Below, piece by piece: positions 8,658-16,022 of a stretch of DNA of 38,646 nucleotides (within the stretch, counting starts at the first letter, position 1; every line of letters begins with the position of its first letter). Origin of the DNA: Candidatus Rifleibacteriota bacterium. GTDB taxonomy: Bacteria > Muiribacteriota > Ozemobacteria > Ozemobacterales > Ozemobacteraceae. Below the pieces are notes generated by a model. It saw nothing but the letters and a program-made list of their open reading frames with translations, was not told the DNA's origin and did no database searches. A program made the position numbers and the translations under genes. The stretch covers positions 1 through 38,646 of the forward strand of contig JBNJGH010000024.1 in the NCBI GenBank assembly GCA_051747585.1, given 5' to 3'.

Positions 8658-9497
8658 ATGAAGAACATTATTCTGGTTATGCTTATGATGACTTTAACTA
8701 TTAATATTGTTTCGGCATCTTCTATGACGGTTCAAAAAATTGCCGAATTCGATGCCGGATTCAAATCAATGGCTTATTATTCCGGCCATATTTATATTCT
8801 TACAAAAGAAAATTGTATTATTAAAGTTTCTTCTTTAGACGGAACAATGGAAAAAATACATTTCGCCAATCCGACAAATTCAAGTTTTACCGACTTATCA
8901 GTTTTTAATGAAAAAGTCTATTTATGCCAGTATTCTGGTTCGCATATTTATATTTTAGATCTTAATCAGCCAGGAAAGGGTCTTGCGCAAATCAGTTGCA
9001 AATCAGAAAACATCGGAAGAATAAACGGAATTTCGGCCAATTCATCTGCGCTAATAATTAAAGACGATATTAATAATCTTTATATGCTGAACTCCAAAGG
9101 ACAAACAAAAAAAATTAGTGATGATGCACAGTTTATTAATGATGGTTCTCCTCTTATTTCAACCTGTAAAGTTTCTTCAGGAAAATGGAAGATTACCCTG
9201 GGTAATAAAAATTATGCATACAATGATAAAAGCAAAGGCCCTATTGTACAGCTTTCACCCATTGGTAAAACACCCACAGAGGAAATAATATTTCTTGAAG
9301 TTACCGGGGAAGGAACATTCAATTCAAAATTCTTTTTAACAAAATTACAAAACGGTGAATTTGAACGTTTGCTTCAAATTCAGCCGCCTGCTCTTTTTGG
9401 TATAAACATAACTAACATTGGAGATTCAGGAGAAATATATATTGCCAGAAGAAACTTAAGCGACAACCGGATTCAAATCGAAAGAATTAACAAATAA
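8658..9497 (+). CDS. Secreted hypothetical protein, probable beta-propeller-like fold
   Basis: Signal peptide; repeated short beta-strand blocks (HIYILT, KVYLC, HIYILD, EIYIA); 14 bp downstream of the peptidase gene. Confidence 0.65.
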   Translation: MKNIILVMLMMTLTINIVSASSMTVQKIAEFDAGFKSMAYYSGHIYILTKENCIIKVSSLDGTMEKIHFANPTNSSFTDLSVFNEKVYLCQYSGSHIYILDLNQPGKGLAQISCKSENIGRINGISANSSALIIKDDINNLYMLNSKGQTKKISDDAQFINDGSPLISTCKVSSGKWKITLGNKNYAYNDKSKGPIVQLSPIGKTPTEEIIFLEVTGEGTFNSKFFLTKLQNGEFERLLQIQPPALFGINITNIGDSGEIYIARRNLSDNRIQIERINK

Positions 9498-9551
9498 GAA
9501 AAGTTCTTGCAGTCCTGCATAAATGAATCCTAACCAGAAAAAAACTTGTGC

Positions 9552-9581
9552 ATGGCGGACAAGCCTCCATTATTTTTTTTT
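9552..9581 (+). terminator. Possible weak intrinsic terminator
   Basis: Imperfect stem ATGGCGG-ACAAG-CCTCCAT followed by a T-rich run, downstream of the 8658-9497 gene. Confidence 0.35.
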
Positions 9582-9899
9582 GCCACTTGTGCATTATACC
9601 AAGAGGATTTTCATTTTCAGGCAGGCTGAAAGTAAATTTCATCAAGTTTCTGAGCAAAGCAACCTGAATAGAATATAAAAGAAACAGTTAATGATCCCGA
9701 AACAAGGCTTATAAGGCTTATAACAATTTTCGCTTGTTAATATGATTTCAATTTCCAATTGCTACTATCATCAAAAAAGTGCATAGATTAAAAAAAAATA
9801 TTTAATAATAAATCAAAGAAATAAATTAAAAGATTAAAATAAACCTGGGGTGAAACTACGAGAAAAATATGTTAGGTAGAACAAAAAGGAGGAGTTCTT

Positions 9900-10868
9900 A
9901 TGTTAAAAAAACTGATTTTCAACTTTTTGTTAACGACTTTCGTTTTCCTGGGGTTTACAACCTGTTATGCTCAGGAAGATATTGAAGGAAGCAAAGACCA
10001 CCCGATGATTTCCCGCTATGAAGGTTCTCATATTCGCGGGTATGAACATTTTGATTATGATCGTTTGACCTTTTATCCTGGAAAAGAAGATGACGAGCTT
10101 CAGGAGTTTGTGCCTGAAGGTGAAGTAACCAGAATCTTGTATTTTTACCCTGAAGGTTTGTCTGTATTGCAGATACAGCGAAATTTCCAGATGGCATTAA
10201 AAAAAGCCGGTTTCGAAATTGTGTATGAATGTTTTGGAGGGATGGATGAGATTCCGAATGAAATTTATTGGGATCGTGAAAATATCAAAGGCGATCATAG
10301 CAAAGATGTGGGTATGGGAAAAGATCAAAGCTACTTTTTTGCCCGTTTTCCACAAGAAGACGGAGACGTTTATGTTTCTGCCCATACCTGGATCAGCTCC
10401 TGGGCCGATTTTGACAATCAGGCCGTAACTGCCCTTCAAATTCTTGAAGAAAAACCCATGACCACCGGCAAGGTAAATGTTGAAATAGATGAAGAGAAAA
10501 TGGAAAAAGATATTGATGAAAAAGGAAGTGTCAGCATTTATGGGATTCACTTTGATACAAATAAGGCAACAATCAAACAAAAATCAGAATCTGTTTTGAA
10601 GAAAATTGCAAATCTTCTGGAGCGGAAACCTGAACTCAGGCTTGGGGTTGTGGGGCATACAGATGCTACTGGAAATGAGCAACACAACATGGAACTATCT
10701 AAACAACGTGCTCAAGCAGTTGTAAAATTTCTGACATCAGAATATGGAATCTCAAAAGACAGGCTGAAACCTCGCGGATTAGGTCCATGGGCACCAGTTG
10801 CCAGCAATGAAGTTGAAGATGGCCGCGCCCGTAACCGCAGGGTTGAATTAATTAAAATAGTAGAATAA
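9900..10868 (+). CDS. OmpA family protein with N-terminal DUF4892-like domain
   Basis: Signal peptide; DIEGSKDHPMISRYEGS N-terminal motif; C-terminal OmpA-like domain (GIHFDT...VVGHTDATG..HNMELSKQRAQAV...GRARNRRVE); strong AGGAGG SD. Confidence 0.9.
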   Translation: MLKKLIFNFLLTTFVFLGFTTCYAQEDIEGSKDHPMISRYEGSHIRGYEHFDYDRLTFYPGKEDDELQEFVPEGEVTRILYFYPEGLSVLQIQRNFQMALKKAGFEIVYECFGGMDEIPNEIYWDRENIKGDHSKDVGMGKDQSYFFARFPQEDGDVYVSAHTWISSWADFDNQAVTALQILEEKPMTTGKVNVEIDEEKMEKDIDEKGSVSIYGIHFDTNKATIKQKSESVLKKIANLLERKPELRLGVVGHTDATGNEQHNMELSKQRAQAVVKFLTSEYGISKDRLKPRGLGPWAPVASNEVEDGRARNRRVELIKIVE

Positions 10869-10886
10869 AAAAACTTTAACGAATTC

Positions 10887-10939
10887 TGAGTGCGGTCTGA
10901 AAAGGTGCTAAAAACCTTTCAGACCGCACTCATTTTTTT
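10887..10939 (+). terminator. Rho-independent terminator
   Basis: Long stem TGAGTGCGGTCTGAAAAGGT / ACCTTTCAGACCGCACTCA followed by a T tract, just after the OmpA gene. Confidence 0.85.
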
Positions 10940-11102
10940 AAACTTTATATTTATGAATAGAAACTAAGAAAAGAAACAACTTTTGAATTCAAATTCTGGC
11001 GGGATAGTAACGGTTAATTCTGATATTATATTAAAAAATGAAGAAATGTTTTATGTCAGGAATAGTATTGAGAACTAAATGTAAAATACAAAAAGTAAAG
11101 CA

Positions 11103-12122
11103 ATGAGTCTATCTTTAGCGATTTTAATATTTTTTATTGCCACTCTGGTTGTCATTTTTGCCGGAACTTCATTAACCAGGTATGCCGACAAACTTGCGGA
11201 TAAAACCGGCTTGGGAGAGGCTCTTGTAGGTGCTGTTCTCCTGGGTGGAGTGACCTCAATAGCAGGTATTATCACCTCAATTGTTGCAGCATATAATAAT
11301 CATCCACAATTAGCTATAAGCAATGCAATAGGCGGCATTGCTGCGCAAACGGCCTTTCTTTCTATTGCGGATATTTCATACTTTAAAGTCAATCTGGAAC
11401 ATGCCTCTGTATCTTTGGCTAATTTAATGCAGGGAATATTGCTTATTGGATTGTTAACCCTTGTTATTCTAGGTATTGCCAGTCCGAATATTACGTGGTT
11501 TAACATTCATCCTTTATCTTTTATTATAATAATGGTTTATCTGTGTGGCTCGAAGATGATTGCGCGGGCTAAAGAAAAGCCGATGTGGGAGCCTAAACTC
11601 ACTATTTCGACAGTGAAAGACATCCCGGATAAAGACAATATCAAAAAAACGAAATTAAGCACTTTGATTGTTAAATTTACCCTGTTGTCTATCCTTGTTG
11701 GCGGTTCAGGCTATGCAATAGGGTTGTCAGGAATTACTATTGCCAATAAAACAGCATTGAGTGAGAGTTTTGTAGGAACATTATTTACTGCTGTGGCAAC
11801 CTCATTCCCGGAACTGATTGTTTCATTAGCTGCCGTCCGGCAGGGGGCTTTGACTTTAGCCGTTGGCAACATTATCGGGGGCAACTGTTTTGATGTGCTT
11901 TTTGTTGCTTTTTCAGACATCGCTTATCAAAAGGGCAGCATTTTACATAATATAACAAATGCTCAATCATTTATTATAGCTTTAACTATGTTCATGGTGA
12001 GCATATTGATAATGGGTTTATTATACAGACAGCCTAAAGGAATTGCTAATATAGGCTGGGAGAGTGCATTTATAATTGTGTTGTATTTTATTGGAAACCT
12101 TTCTTTATATTTTCTTTTTTAG
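11103..12122 (+). CDS. Sodium:calcium (CaCA/YrbG-like) antiporter
   Basis: About 10 hydrophobic helices in two repeats with alpha-repeat motifs (GAVLLGGVTSIAG..SNAIGG and GTLFTAVATSFPEL..GNIIGGNCFD). Confidence 0.9.
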   Translation: MSLSLAILIFFIATLVVIFAGTSLTRYADKLADKTGLGEALVGAVLLGGVTSIAGIITSIVAAYNNHPQLAISNAIGGIAAQTAFLSIADISYFKVNLEHASVSLANLMQGILLIGLLTLVILGIASPNITWFNIHPLSFIIIMVYLCGSKMIARAKEKPMWEPKLTISTVKDIPDKDNIKKTKLSTLIVKFTLLSILVGGSGYAIGLSGITIANKTALSESFVGTLFTAVATSFPELIVSLAAVRQGALTLAVGNIIGGNCFDVLFVAFSDIAYQKGSILHNITNAQSFIIALTMFMVSILIMGLLYRQPKGIANIGWESAFIIVLYFIGNLSLYFLF

Positions 12123-12173
12123 AATAAACTATAAATTCATTAGGATTTAAGGAAAAAATAATTCAGGGCTGAC

Positions 12174-12202
12174 TTGACGCTTTTGCCTGCCATCAGTAAA
12201 CT
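12174..12202 (+). promoter_or_regulatory. Sigma70-type promoter
   Basis: TTGACG (12174-12179), 17-bp spacer, TAAACT (12197-12202), upstream of the 12256 gene. Confidence 0.6.
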
Positions 12203-12255
12203 TAATAGTAAATCCACAGGTACACACTATCTGAAGATTAAACAGGGGGTTCCTT

Positions 12256-13122
12256 ATGAATATCAGGCGAAGCAAAATTAGAATTCCGCTCTGCATAATG
12301 CTTTCATTGCTGATGCTGGTTGACTACGCGATCTTTACTCCAGCACCGGCTCAAGCTCTTGACAAGAAAAGCGTTCTGGTTGGCGCCGGAGTTGGTGCAG
12401 CAGCCGGAGCAGGTATCGCACTTGCAGCTCCTGCAATCGGTGGTGCTATAGGCGCAGCCGGAGGTATTGCCGGTATTGGTACCGCAATAGCCGGTGGTGT
12501 TGCTGCTGTTGCAGGTGGCCTTGTTGGCGCGGTAACCGCAGTCGGCGGTGCAATTGCCTCAGCAGTAGGTGCGGTCGGTGGTTTCTTTGCCGGTATATTT
12601 GCCAGCCCTCTTTTTGTGCCGGCACTCTTAATTATCGGTGCGGCAGCTGTGGGATATTTCCTCTACAAACGCTACAAAGCTAAAAAGAATGCTTCTGCAC
12701 CCGGAGAAAGCGACGAAGTTTTACCTGAATCAGATGAAATATTTGTTACACCAGGTGACTATGAAATGTCTGATGTAGTTCCTGAGGGTGATGCCGCGGA
12801 ACCGGTGAGCATCGGCGACGATGATACCATTACCATTGGAGGTGATGGTGAAGAAGTCGCTATATCAGATGAAGCACCCAGTGTTTCAATTCCTGCTCAG
12901 AGCCCGACCAGCGGCGATGACGAAATTACTGATACTTCCGTGCCAAATGCCAATGATTCGCTCAAAGCGGCTCATGACAGATATATTGCCGCTTACCAGA
13001 AATATACAAGTCTGGTAACTAACAGTGGTGGCGCAGATCCTGGAGAAGTAAAAGAAGCATTGGCTACCTATCGCCAGGCATACAACGACTATCAGAATTT
13101 GAAAGCGTCTTCCGGAAACTAA
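12256..13122 (+). CDS. Glycine-zipper membrane/secreted hypothetical protein
   Basis: Signal peptide, then about 95 aa of Gly/Ala-rich GxxxG-type repeats and a TM helix, an acidic disordered linker and a C-terminal helical hairpin. Confidence 0.75.
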   Translation: MNIRRSKIRIPLCIMLSLLMLVDYAIFTPAPAQALDKKSVLVGAGVGAAAGAGIALAAPAIGGAIGAAGGIAGIGTAIAGGVAAVAGGLVGAVTAVGGAIASAVGAVGGFFAGIFASPLFVPALLIIGAAAVGYFLYKRYKAKKNASAPGESDEVLPESDEIFVTPGDYEMSDVVPEGDAAEPVSIGDDDTITIGGDGEEVAISDEAPSVSIPAQSPTSGDDEITDTSVPNANDSLKAAHDRYIAAYQKYTSLVTNSGGADPGEVKEALATYRQAYNDYQNLKASSGN

Positions 13123-13140
13123 CCCTGGATTAAATAAAAT

Positions 13141-13175
13141 AAAAATGCCCCGCGATTTGCGGGGCATTTTTTTTT
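13141..13175. terminator. Bidirectional intrinsic terminator
   Basis: AAAAATGCCCCGC-GATTT-GCGGGGCATTTTTTTTT between convergent genes. Confidence 0.9.
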
Positions 13176-13189
13176 GCAAATATTTTGGC

Positions 13190-13741
13190 TTAAGCTATCT
13201 TGAAAAAAGTTAAAACTGTGTCACCAAAGTTGCGTTCATCAGTTTGAATGTATTCTGATCTATTTTCCAGATTAATTTCATCTTTCTTTTGCCGCTCAAT
13301 AATAAAAAGGGTTTGCCGGTTAAAACAGGGATACTGGTGAATATAATCTAACAAAGGTTCCAGCAGGCCTTTCAAATAGGGGGGATCGATAAAAACTACA
13401 TCAAAGGGCTCGGCAAACTGCTTCTTTTTCAAAAATTTCAGGCAATCCATCGTAAAAACCGAAGCATTTTTTTCAAGCCGGGTTAATTGTAAATTTTCTT
13501 TTATAGTTCTGGTGCATTCCCGGGAGGCATCGACAAAAACTGCATGACTGGCACCTCTACTGAGCGCTTCTATGCCAAGGTTGCCCGAGCCGGCAAAGAG
13601 ATCAAGAAATCTGGAATCGGGGACAAGTCGAGCAATGATGTTAAAAGTAGAACCTTTTACTTTATCCATTGCAGGGCGGGTTTTTCCGCCTTTGGGCATT
13701 TTCAGTTTTCTTCCTTTGGCTGTGCCAGTAATTATGCGCAT
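13190..13741 (-). CDS. rsmD: 16S rRNA (guanine(966)-N2)-methyltransferase RsmD
   Basis: MRIITGTAKGRKL...TRP...FLDLFAGSGNLGIEALSRGA...FIDPPY motifs; follows recG, a common arrangement. Confidence 0.95.
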   Translation of the reverse strand: MRIITGTAKGRKLKMPKGGKTRPAMDKVKGSTFNIIARLVPDSRFLDLFAGSGNLGIEALSRGASHAVFVDASRECTRTIKENLQLTRLEKNASVFTMDCLKFLKKKQFAEPFDVVFIDPPYLKGLLEPLLDYIHQYPCFNRQTLFIIERQKKDEINLENRSEYIQTDERNFGDTVLTFFKIA

Positions 13742-13743
13742 TT

Positions 13744-15819
13744 TTACCCGCCTTCCATAAAGGTTTTATAAGTGTCACCGAAACTTGCGATCATTTTTTC
13801 CTTGAACCAGTCTCGGGTAGAAGGTTTCTCGATGGTCAGTATTTCAAAAGCCCTTTTTCTTGCGTTTTCGATCATTCCGGCCGTTATTTTGTGGGAAAAA
13901 CATGGATGCGAAAGCCCACTCTGGCGTGTGCCGACCAGATCACCGGGGCCGCGCAACTTAAGGTCATACATAGCAAGTTCAAAGCCATCATGGCACTGGC
14001 AGAGAATTTTAAGCCGATTTGAAGATTCAGCCATGTGTGAAACAAGTATACATTCAGAATCTTTTTCGCTTCTGCCGACTCTACCTCGCAATTGGTGAAG
14101 CTGAGAAAGACCGAAGCCATGAGCATTTTCTATGATCATTAAGGTTGCATCAGGATGATCAACGCCAACTTCAATAACTGTAGTCGATATAAGAATATCA
14201 ATTTGCCCCTCTTTGAAAGTTTTCATAATCAGTTCTTTTTCCTGCCAGTTCTGTTGGCCGGTAAGGGTCTTTATATTCGCTTCGGGAAACATCTGGCTGA
14301 TAAGTTCAAAAGCTTCCTGAACAGAGGTCCGTTCAAATTTTTCGGAAAATTCAATTAAAGGACAAACAAGATAAACTTTATTATGGTCGGCAAGTGTTTG
14401 GTCAATTTTATTTCGGGTCTTGGCCAGATCAGAAATAATTGAAGTTTCTACCGGTTTTCGGCCAGGTGGGAGCTCGTCGATAATGCTGGTTTCCATGTCG
14501 CCGAAAATAGTTAAAGAAAGAGTTCTGGGTATAGGAGTCGCCGACAGCAGTAACTGATGCGGATTGAAGCCTTTGCGATAAAAGCTGCGCCGGTGGTTTA
14601 CACCGAATCTTTGTTGCTCGTCAACGATGCAGTATGAAAGATTTTTAAAAACAACCTTATCCTGAAAAAGGGCATGGGTGCCAAAAATAAAATTAAGCTC
14701 GCCTTCTTTAATTTGACGATTTATTTCATTTCTTTCAGCTGTTTTCTGGCTACCGGTTAAAATGGCGGTTTTGTTGGCAAATTCAGTAAAGAAATTTTTA
14801 AAAGTGGCTAGTTGCTGTCTAGCGAGCACTTCGGTGGGTGCCATAAACGCAATTTGAGTTTGATGGCCATGTTTTTTGAAGTGTTCGAGCATTGTAATAA
14901 AAGCAACCAGAGTTTTTCCGCATCCCACGTCTCCTTGAAGCAGTCTGTTCATTGGGTGCCTTGCTGACTCTATATCGCCAAGGATTTCATTTATTGTTTT
15001 AATTTGTGAGTTGGTAAGATTGAAGGGCAGTTCGTAGTCGAGGTTGTTTTTATCGGTTTTATTTTTATCCGGCAGGCTTAGGGTTCCGGTAAGATGTTTT
15101 CTTCGTTGTAGAACACCTATCTGAAACAGAACCTGATCAAAAAATGCCATGGTAAACTCGGCTTTTTTGGCTTGTTTTTCTTCAGCAGGAAAGTGAAGAT
15201 TTTTAAAAGCATTTGCAATAGCCGGAAAAGGTGAATCAGCTGAAAAAACAGGAAAAGAGCCGGGCCAGTCAATTTCTGCCAGAATGCGGGTGATAAGTTT
15301 TCTAAGAGCAAGAGGTGAAATTTTTGCCTGCGACAAGGCACTTTTTGAGGGATATACCGGGGTAAGATTCTGCTGTTGCAGCTCTTCATCTTTTACAGGC
15401 TCAATTTCGGGATTACTCAAAACAGGCTGGCCCTTCATTTCGACTGCCGGGCCAAAAAGCCAGTATTCATTTTCGACTTTAAGCTGGCGGGTTAAGTAGG
15501 TTTTGTTAAACCATCTTGCTTTTACTTCTGTGCTTGAGTCATAAAAAGTGGCATTTATAATTGCCAGACCCCGACGAATTCTAAAAGATTTAAGAGCTTT
15601 AAGTTTTGCCTTGAAAAGCCCCTGAGCCGTATTGTCGGGGAGAAGTCTACACAGAGGGACTATCTGGCTGCGGTCCTGGTAGCGAATGGGGGAAATCCGC
15701 AAAAGATCGAGCAGAGAAAAAAAACCGGCCTGTTTAAGCGCCTGAGCTTTTTTGGGGCCGATACCCTTCAGGTCTTGAACTGGTGTGTCAAGAATGAGTT
15801 TTGTGCAGGACCTGGTCAA
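13744..15819 (-). CDS. recG: ATP-dependent DNA helicase RecG
   Basis: LKGIGPKK N-terminus, RLLQGDVGCGKT, MAPTEVLARQ, DEQQRFG, SATPIPRTL, QLHQLRGRVGR, DLKLRGPG. Start probably TTG at 15819 rather than 15903. Confidence 0.95.
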   Translation of the reverse strand: MTRSCTKLILDTPVQDLKGIGPKKAQALKQAGFFSLLDLLRISPIRYQDRSQIVPLCRLLPDNTAQGLFKAKLKALKSFRIRRGLAIINATFYDSSTEVKARWFNKTYLTRQLKVENEYWLFGPAVEMKGQPVLSNPEIEPVKDEELQQQNLTPVYPSKSALSQAKISPLALRKLITRILAEIDWPGSFPVFSADSPFPAIANAFKNLHFPAEEKQAKKAEFTMAFFDQVLFQIGVLQRRKHLTGTLSLPDKNKTDKNNLDYELPFNLTNSQIKTINEILGDIESARHPMNRLLQGDVGCGKTLVAFITMLEHFKKHGHQTQIAFMAPTEVLARQQLATFKNFFTEFANKTAILTGSQKTAERNEINRQIKEGELNFIFGTHALFQDKVVFKNLSYCIVDEQQRFGVNHRRSFYRKGFNPHQLLLSATPIPRTLSLTIFGDMETSIIDELPPGRKPVETSIISDLAKTRNKIDQTLADHNKVYLVCPLIEFSEKFERTSVQEAFELISQMFPEANIKTLTGQQNWQEKELIMKTFKEGQIDILISTTVIEVGVDHPDATLMIIENAHGFGLSQLHQLRGRVGRSEKDSECILVSHMAESSNRLKILCQCHDGFELAMYDLKLRGPGDLVGTRQSGLSHPCFSHKITAGMIENARKRAFEILTIEKPSTRDWFKEKMIASFGDTYKTFMEGG

Positions 15820-15836
15820 AATAAGGTATAAACTTT

Positions 15837-16022
15837 TTAGTCTTTGACAATGAAAAGTTGTTTCATAATCATATAATCTTCGCTCATGTAAGCCAGTTCC
15901 CAACCGTTGCGCCCGGCTTCGTCAAGAACCTGACCGAGACGATCGATAAAATCGGGGCCTTTGTATGGCTGAAGATCGAGTACTTTATAATTCCAGCGTT
16001 TTGGAGATTTTTCAAGACTCAT
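15837..16022 (-). CDS. DUF4177-like small protein
   Basis: RWNYKV...LDEAGRNGWELA motif; AGGAG SD before the ATG at 16022; overlaps the end of the upstream HEAT/TPR gene. Confidence 0.7.
   Translation of the reverse strand: MSLEKSPKRWNYKVLDLQPYKGPDFIDRLGQVLDEAGRNGWELAYMSEDYMIMKQLFIVKD

Noticed and set aside
10887..10932. DNA uptake sequence-like motif (AGTGCGGT / GTCTGAA) in the terminator stem
   Set aside because: Imperfect match to the Pasteurellaceae USS and Neisseria DUS, and I saw no recurrence in the window; a terminator explains it.
15820..15903. N-terminal extension of RecG given by the ORF track
   Set aside because: It overlaps the DUF4177-like gene on the same strand in another frame, and RecG similarity begins only near LDTPVQDLKGIG.
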